From a virus (Duplodnaviria; Caudoviricetes), in IMG/VR virus record IMGVR_UViG_3300017648_000193, positions 1 through 44,636 of that record: 44,636 nt of DNA, one strand, 5' to 3'. A model generated the notes under the pieces. It did not search any database. It was not told where the DNA came from and was given only the letters and a program-made list of their open reading frames with translations. The position numbers and the translations under genes are program-made. Positions 35,679-44,636 of the stretch are shown here, one piece after another. Position 1 is the stretch's first letter; the number at the start of each line of letters is the position of its first letter.

Positions 35679-35936
35679 ATGAACCGCGATGTTGTCAATC
35701 GAACCGTCCGGACATTTCTCCAGTCATTTGTCGGGACATTTTCCCTGTTCTCCATCCCCTACCTGAACGGTCTCGTAACCGGCGTGGGCGAGTCCGGCGA
35801 CATTGCCCTTGACTTCACCTTCCTCGGGAAGATCGCCGTTGCGGCATTGATCGCCGGGTTCATTTCCCTCATCACCTTCGTGCAGAACGCGCTTGAAGAT
35901 GCGAGCGGGTCCGGGTTCCTCAAGCCTGACGAGTAG
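35679..35936 (+). CDS. Holin (r1t-like)
   Basis: NRTVRTFLQSFVG plus two TM segments. Confidence 0.8.
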   Translation: MNRDVVNRTVRTFLQSFVGTFSLFSIPYLNGLVTGVGESGDIALDFTFLGKIAVAALIAGFISLITFVQNALEDASGSGFLKPDE

Positions 35937-35965
35937 CCCGGACTGATCACGCACGGAGAGTACGC

Positions 35966-36961
35966 ATGGCGGGGATACCATGGTCTACCGACGAGTTGGC
36001 CGCGTGTTTGTCGATGGACTATCCACAGTTCACCCAGTTATACCCTGATCGAACCTTCGACGGATATCGACTGAAGCGGCAGAAGTTGACAGCGGAGGGG
36101 ACAACGTTCCCGGTCCAGGCGGACAAAAAGATCGGTGAGTTTAACTGGAGAGACGCCAACTCGCTGATCGGTCAGATGCAGGGGATGAAGCACAAGGCCT
36201 CGTGGACGCAAACAGAAGCCGCCATCGAGATCGACGCGGACGAACCTGTCTGCGTCCTCGCCCTGTCAGACATGCACATCGGTGACTGGGCAACGAACCA
36301 CACGTTGCTGGAAGAAGTCACCGATGAAATCCTCTCCACACCGAACCTCTATATCGCCCTCCTCGGCGACCTCGCCCAGACCGCGATCAAACTGAGAAGC
36401 GTATCTGAAGTCACGAGTAACATGCTCCCCATCGACTTGCAGCTCGCGTACATCGACTCGTGGCTTACGGAGATTGCACCCAGAGTTCTCTTCGCGACAT
36501 GGGACAATCACAGCGTGGATCGTGAGGAGTCGCTAGTGGGATTCAGTTCCTTCGCCGCTCTCCAGTCTCGCCGCTTCGTCTACCATTCCGGTATCGGGCA
36601 TCCAAACGTCACGGTCGGGGATCAGACGTATCGGTTCGCGGTGAGTCACCGCTTCCTCGGGAGGTCCATCGAAAACCCGTGTCACGCGCCGATGCGCTAC
36701 CTCCGACGTGAGGGGCATGACCGGGAAATCGGGATCATGGGGGACTATCATGTGCCGGGGATCGTGAAGTTCACGCATGGCGGGACAACGAAGGTCGCGA
36801 TCAATACAGGATCGTTCCAGACGAACTCGGGGTACGCAAAGCGCTGGTTCAGCCTCTTCACGCACCCCGTCATGCCATGTATCACGCTGCACCCTGACGA
36901 CCACCTCATCACGCCCTACTGGTCAATCAAGGAATGGAAGATCGCAACCGGTCAAGCCTGA
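35966..36961 (+). CDS. Calcineurin-like metallophosphoesterase
   Basis: LSDMHIG, LLGDL, WDNHS, SH, GDYH motifs. Confidence 0.85.
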   Translation: MAGIPWSTDELAACLSMDYPQFTQLYPDRTFDGYRLKRQKLTAEGTTFPVQADKKIGEFNWRDANSLIGQMQGMKHKASWTQTEAAIEIDADEPVCVLALSDMHIGDWATNHTLLEEVTDEILSTPNLYIALLGDLAQTAIKLRSVSEVTSNMLPIDLQLAYIDSWLTEIAPRVLFATWDNHSVDREESLVGFSSFAALQSRRFVYHSGIGHPNVTVGDQTYRFAVSHRFLGRSIENPCHAPMRYLRREGHDREIGIMGDYHVPGIVKFTHGGTTKVAINTGSFQTNSGYAKRWFSLFTHPVMPCITLHPDDHLITPYWSIKEWKIATGQA

Positions 36962-36965
36962 TCGT

Positions 36966-37433
36966 TCAGGCACCATTCCCCTTGACCCACAGGGAGAAGG
37001 CCGGATGAGAGAAGTCCTGGACGTGTCGCGTGATGTGGATGCCAGCGATATCGAAATGCTCCGTCCGGATATCAGCGGGGAGGTCCGCGTTCATTGCGTT
37101 CCGGAGGTGTTCCATCGCCCACGTCGTGTACATCTGCTCGGGCAGAGGGCGCTCCTCCAGGAGGTGCATCATCTCCGGGATCAACCTGAAATCCCGTTCC
37201 GGCCTGGATGATGCGTAGCCCTTGTAGTTCTTGCCGTAGGACCGCTGAACGGTTTCCCCGGGAACGAGCGGCGCAACAACCCAGTCGTCGGGATGATGCT
37301 TGCGATCCTCGATGAGGTCCCGGTATATCCGCATGTCGCGGTCGATATCACTTGTCACGGTCCGGTTCCTCCCACGGGTATATCGCATCTGCATGGAAAC
37401 CGGAACGTGGAAGTCGCTGGCGTCGGATGCCAT
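36966..37433 (-). CDS. Hypothetical protein
   Basis: GGAG RBS; last gene of the leftward arm. Confidence 0.7.
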   Translation of the reverse strand: MASDASDFHVPVSMQMRYTRGRNRTVTSDIDRDMRIYRDLIEDRKHHPDDWVVAPLVPGETVQRSYGKNYKGYASSRPERDFRLIPEMMHLLEERPLPEQMYTTWAMEHLRNAMNADLPADIRTEHFDIAGIHITRHVQDFSHPAFSLWVKGNGA

Positions 37434-37481
37434 TTCTCCCTCTCCTGAACGGACTCGATCCGGCTTCCATAGTATCAGAGC

Positions 37482-37889
37482 CTAAACAACCCCAGCATCC
37501 TCCGCCTTCTTTTGGGCGACCTTGTCCAGAGCAATCTTCTCAGCGTGATCTCCGTCCCGTGCCCAAACACTAAGGCTCCAATACCCGCCCATATCGTTAT
37601 CAGGATCATACTCCCAGTAGGTGGGGTCATCGTCCTCGTTCGGACGCCCTGCATCTGTCCTCTCTACATAGACTTTACCGTTGTCATAGACGGCGACCGA
37701 GTACGGGAGAAAATCTGAAGGGTATTGAGACAGGGTGATCTCGTTGACTGCCCATTCCTCAACCTCGGTTCTGTCATATCTCCCCTCGTAGGCGAGCGCA
37801 ACGCGATCAGCCAATGTCTTGTTGTCGAAAACTCCGACGATGTGGTAGTCACTGTAGGAGCCCTTGGTAACGACATAGATGGTGTTCAT
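37482..37889 (-). CDS. Conserved phage hypothetical protein
   Basis: IYVVTKGSYSDYHIVGVF...VEEW is a recurrent phage N-terminal motif. Confidence 0.8.
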   Translation of the reverse strand: MNTIYVVTKGSYSDYHIVGVFDNKTLADRVALAYEGRYDRTEVEEWAVNEITLSQYPSDFLPYSVAVYDNGKVYVERTDAGRPNEDDDPTYWEYDPDNDMGGYWSLSVWARDGDHAEKIALDKVAQKKAEDAGVV

Positions 37890-37916
37890 GATGGTTCTTC
37901 TCCCGTAGATGTTCGA

Positions 37917-38441
37917 TCAGAATAATGGCGCGAGAAGGGACGTGGGTACATGGGTCACAGAGAAGCTCACCTGAATCTCCACGTCACCCATCTGATATGT
38001 CCGGACTTTCTCAATGGAGCCATCAGGGATGCGGTTCGACTCGGACAATTCACGGGCGATATCATGAACCATCTCCATCGTGTCGCTGCCAATGACCGGA
38101 ACGGAGATATCGACGATGGCGTCAAGCACCTCTGCTACCGCACGCCGCCTCTTCTCTTCGAGCTCCACCCGAGCCCTCGTCTCCTCCGCTTCAAGAAGAA
38201 TCTTGACCCGCTCCCTGAGGGACTCGACCTCCAGCGCCTTCTTGTCGTGTTGGAATTGAAGCTCCCCGAGCCGTCTCCTCTGGTTCCGGAGAGCTTCCCG
38301 AAGCTCGTCTGGTTGCGCGGTGTCGATGTCCGACGATCTGATCTTGCTCATGTCCTCAACCTCGTCTTCCCTATTCTGACAGCACGTGGGCCCGGCGTAC
38401 CGCTCAGCTTCAACAGCGGACCCTACACAATAAATCCTCAT
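37917..38441 (-). CDS. Coiled-coil hypothetical protein (start may be 38351)
   Basis: Heptad-rich helix; ATGA overlap at 38441 or RBS GAGGA before 38351. Confidence 0.7.
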   Translation of the reverse strand: MRIYCVGSAVEAERYAGPTCCQNREDEVEDMSKIRSSDIDTAQPDELREALRNQRRRLGELQFQHDKKALEVESLRERVKILLEAEETRARVELEEKRRRAVAEVLDAIVDISVPVIGSDTMEMVHDIARELSESNRIPDGSIEKVRTYQMGDVEIQVSFSVTHVPTSLLAPLF

Positions 38442-38974
38442 GTGCGATCTCCTGTCTCATTACCTGCCAGATCGGCCACGCGGCCCGAGACGATAGCGCG
38501 AAGCTCCTCGTGCGACAGGTCCAAGTACTCATCGTCAACGACACCGCGACGGGCGATGGGGTTCTTCCCCTCCTCCGCCTCTCGTCGGGTATATGGGAGG
38601 AACCCTGCCCGGTCGATCAGGCCGAAGGCGGCGAGAATACGATTCCGATCCGGCTCCTGCGATCCGTCCGCGACACCGACAAGGTAGGTCGCCGCTGCCG
38701 GAGTCCCGCCGACAATCGCCGCCCGTGTCCGCTCGAAGAACGTAGGGGCGGTATCCTCGAACAGGTCGCGAGCCTTCGTGGACCATTCATATCGCTGCGC
38801 CCATTTGTAGAGAGTGTTGATCTTGATCTCGATGCCGAACTGATCCATCAGGATCGCTTGCGTCTTCTTCGGCGACCGGTCGGCAAGCATGGCCCAGACC
38901 TGAAAGGCCGTGGTTCGTTCATCGACCTCGCCCTCATCGGTCAGCATCGGTTTCATCTGGGTGTTGTCGCTCAT
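38438..38974 (-). CDS. Terminase-small-subunit-like HTH protein
   Basis: AFQVW...RS...NTLYKWAQRYEW HTH; RILAAFGLIDRAG; C-terminal DLSHEELRAI. Confidence 0.65.
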   Translation of the reverse strand: MSDNTQMKPMLTDEGEVDERTTAFQVWAMLADRSPKKTQAILMDQFGIEIKINTLYKWAQRYEWSTKARDLFEDTAPTFFERTRAAIVGGTPAAATYLVGVADGSQEPDRNRILAAFGLIDRAGFLPYTRREAEEGKNPIARRGVVDDEYLDLSHEELRAIVSGRVADLAGNETGDRT

Positions 38975-39381
38975 CGGCTCATCACCTCCTGTACGTCAAT
39001 CCCCAGCACGGCAAGCATCAGCTTCTTCTTCAGGCGATACACCGGGTTCTTGGCGGTGAATGCGCTTTTGACATCAACGACCACCAGCTTCTGTGATCCG
39101 GTAAGGCGGTATGTGAAGTCCGACACGTAGTGGCAGACCAGAACGCCGTTGACCTCGATCCGATGACGCTTCTGGCACTCCAGACCTTCGATCTCTCCGG
39201 CATCCTGCAGAAGGACGAGCGTTTCGTAATGGGCGAGCTCCGCCTTCGAGTCCCATTTCCGTCCATACTTCTCGACCTTGTGGTTCTTGTACTTCAGAGG
39301 CTTCGGATTCTCCTCGCCGGGTATTTTCCCTGTGGCGACATACCGGTTGTAGTCGTCGGCGGACATTTCGTTGAGGCTCAT
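38971..39381 (-). CDS. DUF1064 family PD-(D/E)xK nuclease
   Basis: KYKNHKV..YGRKWDSKAE...GEI..LECQ...YVSDFTY...VVDVKS...YRLKKKLM. Confidence 0.9.
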   Translation of the reverse strand: MSLNEMSADDYNRYVATGKIPGEENPKPLKYKNHKVEKYGRKWDSKAELAHYETLVLLQDAGEIEGLECQKRHRIEVNGVLVCHYVSDFTYRLTGSQKLVVVDVKSAFTAKNPVYRLKKKLMLAVLGIDVQEVMSR

Positions 39382-39698
39382 TGCGTTTCCTCGTCTGTTG
39401 TGACGCGGGTAGTGAGCATGAACGCCGCGCTGCAACACCGCCATCCCACCTGAAAGCATCTAATCCACGCCTCTTGTGTCTTCGTGACCTTGCGCCCATC
39501 TGCCCTCGCGCACAACGCACGCTTTGGGTCCAATCGGCTTTCCGGCATCTGCACCAGCAGTTCGACACCAAACTGTCTTCTAAACTCATCTTTGAGGGCG
39601 TAGGCCAGATAGGTATTGATGTAACGAACAAGTGTCAGTTGATTCTCGTCGGGCTCCCACTTTTGTTCGGATGGATCATTCAGTGCCATGTCTGTCAT
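39378..39698 (-). CDS. Hypothetical protein
   Basis: ATGA overlaps on both sides. Confidence 0.7.
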   Translation of the reverse strand: MTDMALNDPSEQKWEPDENQLTLVRYINTYLAYALKDEFRRQFGVELLVQMPESRLDPKRALCARADGRKVTKTQEAWIRCFQVGWRCCSAAFMLTTRVTTDEETQ

Positions 39699-39901
39699 GA
39701 CTTCCAGTCCCTTCTCTTCGTCCCCTGCACGATGTCCGCTGCGATCTCGTACTGTCTCAGCAGGTCGATCCAGAACGTTTCCAGATCGTAGGTATCCTTT
39801 CCTGCCCTCTTGTGGTCCTCGATCAATCTCCATCCGTCTTCCATTCGTTTAGCAAACCGTTTCATGTTGGCGAAGGCGTTCGTGTGGACAACGCTCATCA
39901 T
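39695..39901 (-). CDS. Hypothetical protein
   Basis: GGAGG RBS; coupled. Confidence 0.7.
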   Translation of the reverse strand: MMSVVHTNAFANMKRFAKRMEDGWRLIEDHKRAGKDTYDLETFWIDLLRQYEIAADIVQGTKRRDWKS

Positions 39902-40125
39902 TCGTCCTCCGGGATGAAGAACCAGCTCCCTGACGTGTCGCAGATGAGAAGTCGCCTACCGATCTCCAGCCCGGACATCGACACGCCGTAGCTCTCCTGT
40001 GCGTGGTGAGGGATGCAGAGAACAACAAGCTCTTCGCGTCCCCATTCGGCATCTGTCTTGATCAACTCGGCTGCATCCTCGGGGCAGTCATTGACCATGC
40101 ACCCGAAGTCCTTGATGTCACTCAT
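39898..40125 (-). CDS. Hypothetical zinc-ribbon-like protein
   Basis: CMVNDC...LCIPHH; coupled. Confidence 0.7.
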   Translation of the reverse strand: MSDIKDFGCMVNDCPEDAAELIKTDAEWGREELVVLCIPHHAQESYGVSMSGLEIGRRLLICDTSGSWFFIPEDE

Positions 40126-40478
40126 CAGAAAGGAACCCCTCCCCCCGGCATCGAAGTGTGGAGAACGACATCGCGCACGCCCAACTCAGACCGGGGGTAG
40201 ACACCCTGAGTCGTGATCTCGAATCCCTCGGATCGAATGAGACGGCTGACCATTGCTTCCAGGTCTTGACGGCGGGGGTCCTCGGACGGCGTACACATAC
40301 GAGCGAGGAATCGGACATGCCCGTTCTCGACCTTCGCGGCGGCGAAGAGGGACATCCCACCGGAACGCCACGACGCTGCGGCATCCAGGACACGTTCAAC
40401 TCGCTCCCGCTGATCCGGTGTAAGAACGCGACGAGACATGACATTGGTATCGGACATACGGACAAACCCATCAGACAT
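40125..40478 (-). CDS. Hypothetical protein
   Basis: AGGAG RBS; coupled. Confidence 0.65.
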   Translation of the reverse strand: MSDGFVRMSDTNVMSRRVLTPDQRERVERVLDAAASWRSGGMSLFAAAKVENGHVRFLARMCTPSEDPRRQDLEAMVSRLIRSEGFEITTQGVYPRSELGVRDVVLHTSMPGGGVPF

Positions 40479-40487
40479 CGAAGACTC

Positions 40488-41015
40488 CTATCCTGCAAGC
40501 TCATTCAAGGTCTGGGTATGAAGCATCGGTCTATAGGCCCCTCGTTTGATCCTGGTGACATCCCGATTCTTCAGATTTCGGTAGGCCCACATGAATTGCT
40601 CACCGATCTCGCCCTTGCTGTTGTCGCCGAGACAAATCGTGCGCCACCCGACCGTCTCCACCGCTTCTGAAATCCGTGGGGTACTGAACGAGGGCTGCAA
40701 GAGTTCACTTTGCATCGTGACGCTGTTCCACATCTTGCGGTTGAATCCCACTCGTGACGCTTCCCGCTGGACTTCGGCCCATGCGGTTTCGGCCAGGTCA
40801 GCCGGGTCATCAGCAAGGATGGAGATGAGGTCTGATGGTCTCGGTGCAAAGGGCTTCCCGCCCTTGATCCATGCCTTCAACGCTGAACGGACATCCTCGG
40901 CGTTGTGATCCTCGAACGCCCATGTCCAGACCAATGCCTTCTCCTCGCTCATAACCGCGTCGGGCCATTCAGCGTTGACGATCAACAACAGTTGGGCGAC
41001 TTCCTGCTGGTTCAT
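40488..41015 (-). CDS. Replicative helicase loader/inhibitor (SPP1 G39P-like N-terminus)
   Basis: MNQQEVAQLLLIVNAEWP...W...F.PRPSDL...AETAWAEV; follows the initiator gene. Confidence 0.8.
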   Translation of the reverse strand: MNQQEVAQLLLIVNAEWPDAVMSEEKALVWTWAFEDHNAEDVRSALKAWIKGGKPFAPRPSDLISILADDPADLAETAWAEVQREASRVGFNRKMWNSVTMQSELLQPSFSTPRISEAVETVGWRTICLGDNSKGEIGEQFMWAYRNLKNRDVTRIKRGAYRPMLHTQTLNELAG

Positions 41016-41845
41016 TTCTCATCTCCATTCGCCATACGCCACAGCCATTCAGGGGCGGCACTTGATACTAGTGCATTACTACTATTCCCAAGCACGACTT
41101 CATCCTCCCACCGGCGGTTGTTGATCCACGTTGCCGGGTGTGGGATAAACTGGCCGCCTTTGTCAGTCCATTGACGTGAGCGCTTTTGCGTCTCTAGCGC
41201 TGAGAGGATGCCGGGGATGTCAGAGTCAGTTATCTTCTCGCGTGACCATGCTTGTTGGGCGGCTTTCTTTGCCACCTTCCGGGGATACGCATCCCAGAAC
41301 TGATCGAATGCCGATTCGGTGATGGTCTCAGGAGTTATCTCTGCCGTAGTCTCTGGTATGTAGTCTATGCTAGATGTAGAGGTGGCCAACTTGTCCATGT
41401 CGAGGTGGCCAACTTGTCCATGTCCTGATGCGGCCAACTTGTCCATGTCGATCTGACCGTTTGCGCAGTCGCACCAAATCGGGTGATCGTAATTGATCGT
41501 GTACCATTTGGTCCGGTCTGTGGAGTTGACATTGTACTTGTCCGTGGAGAATATGAGGCTGCTCTCCTCCATGGTGTTCAGGATTCTTCGGATGGTACGC
41601 TCGCTCCAGAAGGGAAAGTTTTCTCGCCACTGCGAGTAGGTGTTGTAAACCCACCTCTGTCCATCGTGGATCGCTCCCTGATTACGTCTTTCATCTGTCC
41701 AGTAGTGGATTTGCTGGAGAATGATAGCCTCGTTGAGACCAACCTCTACGGCCAGAGATGGGAGAACCTGCAATGGATGCTCATCCATCAGCAGTTTGGA
41801 ATTGCGTCGCCTCGGCGCGCGTTGTGATTCAGAGTGTGTTATCAT
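41012..41845 (-). CDS. Phage replication initiator (replisome organiser)
   Basis: PSLAVEVGLNEAIILQQIHYW...WVYNTYSQW..NFPFWSERTIRR; C-terminal FDQFWDAYPRK...PHPATWINNRRWED; internal iterons. Confidence 0.9.
   Translation of the reverse strand: MITHSESQRAPRRRNSKLLMDEHPLQVLPSLAVEVGLNEAIILQQIHYWTDERRNQGAIHDGQRWVYNTYSQWRENFPFWSERTIRRILNTMEESSLIFSTDKYNVNSTDRTKWYTINYDHPIWCDCANGQIDMDKLAASGHGQVGHLDMDKLATSTSSIDYIPETTAEITPETITESAFDQFWDAYPRKVAKKAAQQAWSREKITDSDIPGILSALETQKRSRQWTDKGGQFIPHPATWINNRRWEDEVVLGNSSNALVSSAAPEWLWRMANGDEK
41379..41449. repeat. Iterons of the putative replication origin
   Basis: Three copies of GGCCAACTTGTCCATGTC (two as exact 23-mers) inside the initiator gene, read in different frames. 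Confidence 0.85.
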
Positions 41846-41873
41846 GGGTATGTAATCTCCTCGGTTGAGAGTG

Positions 41874-41912
41874 AAGAAGCCGCCGCCCGAACCAAACAGG
41901 GGCGGCTTCTTC
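41874..41912. terminator. Hairpin in the initiator gene leader
   Basis: GAAGAAGCCGCC...GGCGGCTTCTTC. Confidence 0.65.
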
Positions 41913-41927
41913 GTGTCCGTTGTGTCC

Positions 41928-41956
41928 AGTGTATCACACTAGTACTAAATACCGAT
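41928..41956 (-). promoter_or_regulatory. Extended -10 promoter/operator for the replication genes
   Basis: ATCGGTATT-N5-CTAGTGTGATACACT, same arrangement as 4566-4594. Confidence 0.7.
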
Positions 41957-42508
41957 TTCACCCCATTGAGAAGCCATCGCGTTGGCGATTCCCCTGTAGG
42001 TAACTGATCGTCGTTTCCATCGGTCCTTGCTCGGTGGCATAAGATGGACCCTCGCCTCTCGTCCCTCAACGATATCCGTTGGTTTCAGCGGGGGGAGGTT
42101 CTTGAGCCAGAGGCACGTCGCTTTTACCTCTCCGTGGCCGAACTGCCATGGCTGGATAATCTGGTCCGGCTTGCGGATTCGGCTGCTTATGACGCTCACC
42201 GGGTTCTCGACCGCAATACGGGGGATGTCTGCATCCATCAGGAGACGGACGAAGTTCAACGCCATTTCCTGTTCCTCCCGCTTGTCCTTGAACCATCTGG
42301 CACCGGAGACGGCCAGATGAGTACATGGCGGGTGCGCAATCATCAAGTCGAATTCGTGCGGGAAGTCAATAACGTCCAGTACATCGCCCTGAATGTGAGG
42401 GCCAGGCTTCTCGGTGGGCAGGAGATCGCAGCTCACCGCGTCATGACCGTGCGCGATGAACGCATCGCGCACGACACCAGAGAATTCACACGCCACAAGC
42501 ACTCTCAT
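41945..42508 (-). CDS. Short DNA cytosine-5 methyltransferase-like protein
   Basis: VACEFSG (motif I variant), HPPCT (IV), ENP (VI). Confidence 0.85.
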   Translation of the reverse strand: MRVLVACEFSGVVRDAFIAHGHDAVSCDLLPTEKPGPHIQGDVLDVIDFPHEFDLMIAHPPCTHLAVSGARWFKDKREEQEMALNFVRLLMDADIPRIAVENPVSVISSRIRKPDQIIQPWQFGHGEVKATCLWLKNLPPLKPTDIVEGREARVHLMPPSKDRWKRRSVTYRGIANAMASQWGEIGI

Positions 42509-42516
42509 GATGCACC

Positions 42517-42750
42517 TCACCGGAGATTGTTGATGACCGACATCGCGATCCCCTGCTTCGGGGGTGAGATGCGTTCGAGTGAACTCGGCAGGAAGGAGAG
42601 GACGGTGTTCTTTCCTGTGAGGCTGTCGTCCATGCGGACGGAGATCGAGGCCCCCTGAATCCCGACGACCCGACCCGTCCGGCCATCGTGAGGCGGGCTG
42701 GTGATCAGAACGTCATCGCCGACCCGGATGCGTTGCTTCTTCCGTGACAT
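42517..42750 (-). CDS. KOW/SH3-like small protein
   Basis: IRVGDDVLI....DGRTGRVVGI. Confidence 0.75.
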   Translation of the reverse strand: MSRKKQRIRVGDDVLITSPPHDGRTGRVVGIQGASISVRMDDSLTGKNTVLSFLPSSLERISPPKQGIAMSVINNLR

Positions 42751-42753
42751 TCC

Positions 42754-43098
42754 CTACTCCCTTTCGCCTTCGATCTTGATGAGGTAGCCGTCATCCGTCT
42801 TCGTGATCGGGAAGCTCTTTCCTGCGAGGCGATCCTTCAGTTCTCGCGGGTATCCGGCGACCATCGTTGCCGCCGAACGCGGGTGGCATACGGCATAGGC
42901 ATCTTCGCCATCGTCCCGTGGCTGAATCAGCATCATGGTCCCGTCCTGGCTGATGAGGTAGCGCAAGAACTTGACGGGTCCCATGAGCTCCGCGCCTTCT
43001 GCATTGATCGCGCTCGATGTCCGGGAGAACCGGATTCGTGGATGAGATTGCCTGGCGATCTGCTTCCCTTTTTGGATGACGGTGAAGGTGGTTTCCAT
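42754..43098 (-). CDS. Hypothetical protein
   Basis: AAGGAG RBS. Confidence 0.75.
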   Translation of the reverse strand: METTFTVIQKGKQIARQSHPRIRFSRTSSAINAEGAELMGPVKFLRYLISQDGTMMLIQPRDDGEDAYAVCHPRSAATMVAGYPRELKDRLAGKSFPITKTDDGYLIKIEGERE

Positions 43099-43110
43099 TT
43101 CGATTTCTCC

Positions 43111-43395
43111 TTATGCGCTGTATGCCACTGCGGGCCCGATGTCTTTCGTGGTCGATTCCCGGTCCTCGACACCGGGGAGAAACCGCTCGGATGTCACCAT
43201 GAAGTCGTCGATGTGCTGACGGTCCCCGTCGTAGACATGGAACCAATGAACGGGGTAGCCACTCGTTGTGACCCGCTCGAACTCCACGGTGCAATCCTCC
43301 CCGGCCGCCGACCGGGCGGCTTCCTCCTCGCTTGCCGCCTCGACCCATGACCACCCATGTTCCATGTTCTCCACGTAGTACAGACTTGCCTCCAT
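43111..43395 (-). CDS. Hypothetical protein
   Basis: Start MEASLYY just after the SSAP stop; VEAASEEEAA motif common in phage ORFs. Confidence 0.7.
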   Translation of the reverse strand: MEASLYYVENMEHGWSWVEAASEEEAARSAAGEDCTVEFERVTTSGYPVHWFHVYDGDRQHIDDFMVTSERFLPGVEDRESTTKDIGPAVAYSA

Positions 43396-43399
43396 GTTG

Positions 43400-44428
43400 C
43401 TATCCCGCCTGCGTATATCGGGCGGCCCCGAAGAGTTCGTCATCGCTCGGGTTGAGTTCCGGATCGAGTGAACCTTGCACAATCTCGGCATCAACGATCC
43501 CGTCACTCCCTCGCTCGACCTCAGGAAATTCATCCCGGAGACCATCGAGATTCCGACTGATGCGACGGGCGAGTTCGGACAGAAGTTCGACCGGAGCCTC
43601 TGTCATGCTGGAAATTTCCCGGTTGTCGTACTTTTCGGAGAGAGCGACAGCATAGGCGCGGAGCGTGTCATGCTCGATCCCGACCTCGTTCCCTGCCGCG
43701 TGGAGGCCGCGCATCGCTGCCTGATGGTCGGCGCTGACCGTGACGTTGGCCTTCTGGGCGAAATCCTTGGTCGTCATGTGCCGCACGGTCGAAGACTCGG
43801 AGCCTCGTTCTAGTCCGGGACTATGGTTTTTCGACGGATATCGCCCTCCTGCACTAGTGCTGAATTCATCATCCAGAGATTGCGAAACCGGCTCCAGTGT
43901 GGCCTTGATCTCCCCCGTTTCCATATCGACGTTGACCTTCCGCGCGCCGGGGACCGTCTCGGTCTCGCTCTCGTCGAGGAAGCCTAGTCCGGAAATCGAG
44001 AGTGTGACACGCCTCTTCGCCTTGGTGATGGCTTTCATGTGGGCGTTGGCAAGCGCATCGCCTCGCAGGTTCCCGAGAGCCACCGCCCCGATGTCGGAGT
44101 CGATACGCCCCGTCTTGTCCTGCGCGTAGGCCGTCACCATCAGCACATCGCCGACGACTTCCTTCTCGACGCGGGTGATGCTGATGCCGTTGATCTTGCG
44201 GAGCTGGTCGGCCGCCCCACGCCGTGCATACAGCGTCAACTTGCCCTGGAACAAGATGTACTCGAACGGCGCCGTCAGCGGATTGAGACCGATCGATCGA
44301 CAGATCGCCCCGTAAAGCTGGGTGCGTTCCTCTGGCGAGAGTTTCGACAGGTCGTTCTTCACCGCCGCTTCAGCGGCAAGGAGCGCATCCTGCGGGTTGA
44401 TTGCAGAGATCTCGTACTTCTCAGACAT
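43400..44428 (-). CDS. Single-strand annealing recombinase (RecT/Redbeta-like)
   Basis: ICRSIGLNPL...LYARR...NAHMKAITKAKRRVTLSISGLGFLDESE; AGGAGG RBS. Confidence 0.8.
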   Translation of the reverse strand: MSEKYEISAINPQDALLAAEAAVKNDLSKLSPEERTQLYGAICRSIGLNPLTAPFEYILFQGKLTLYARRGAADQLRKINGISITRVEKEVVGDVLMVTAYAQDKTGRIDSDIGAVALGNLRGDALANAHMKAITKAKRRVTLSISGLGFLDESETETVPGARKVNVDMETGEIKATLEPVSQSLDDEFSTSAGGRYPSKNHSPGLERGSESSTVRHMTTKDFAQKANVTVSADHQAAMRGLHAAGNEVGIEHDTLRAYAVALSEKYDNREISSMTEAPVELLSELARRISRNLDGLRDEFPEVERGSDGIVDAEIVQGSLDPELNPSDDELFGAARYTQAG

Positions 44429-44636
44429 GGGCTTCCTCCTTGGGTTTTGTCGGTCCAATCAGCGATTCGACGGCGACGCGGGAGAACCGGATACTGGATC
44501 CGACCTTGATCGGGGGAACCGGCAAGGTCTCCGGGTAGTGGCGGGCGAGCTTGTACGCGCTTTTGATGTGGAGGCGGAAGGCTCTCGCGAACTCCTCGAT
44601 GGTCATCGTGTACTGGTCACCGTCAGATTTTCCCAT
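44421..44636 (-). CDS. Excisionase-like HTH (HTH_17/AlpA) protein
   Basis: MTIEEFARAFRLHIKSAYKLAR....VPPIKVGSSIRFSR. Confidence 0.85.
   Translation of the reverse strand: MGKSDGDQYTMTIEEFARAFRLHIKSAYKLARHYPETLPVPPIKVGSSIRFSRVAVESLIGPTKPKEEAHV

Noticed and set aside
8064-35755. Long minus-strand ORFs (e.g. 10109..11515, 17115..18569, 24050..25465, 28408..29682)
   Set aside because: Antisense shadows of high-GC structural genes.
1-44636. Stop-codon reassignment
   Set aside because: Core genes are intact in the standard code and end in TAG, TGA and TAA; no suppressor tRNA.

Overview
The window is most of a high-GC tailed-phage (Caudoviricetes) genome with podovirus-like architecture: no tape measure or tail tube, but large internal/ejection proteins. 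Both ends are cut. The left end stops inside an 18-bp tandem repeat gene and the right end stops at the ATG of an excisionase-like HTH gene; no integrase is visible. Layout: (i) 1-4541, leftward small early genes, an XRE regulator and sigma70-type promoters. (ii) 4598-5100, a non-coding operon of tRNAs alternating with unknown structured RNAs. (iii) 5125-36961, a mostly rightward late region: TerL, portal, ejection proteins (a 2xSLT+M23 lysin and a 2484-aa protein carrying a ParB-like module), scaffold, major capsid, fibres, tail, then a lysis cassette containing a Tad1/Acb2-family anti-defence sponge. (iv) 36966-44636, a leftward replication/recombination arm with a TerS-like gene, DUF1064 nuclease, helicase loader, initiator with iterons, C5 methylase and SSAP. 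The most unusual signals are non-coding: the tRNA-punctuated ncRNA array with a D-loop-less initiator-like tRNA, a CCUCCUCCC anti-Shine-Dalgarno sRNA, and palindromes whose cores match CRISPR type I-G and I-E repeat architecture. The host is not determined; a high-GC monoderm such as Chloroflexota or Actinomycetota is only an inference. All family calls come from motif recognition by eye, not database searches.
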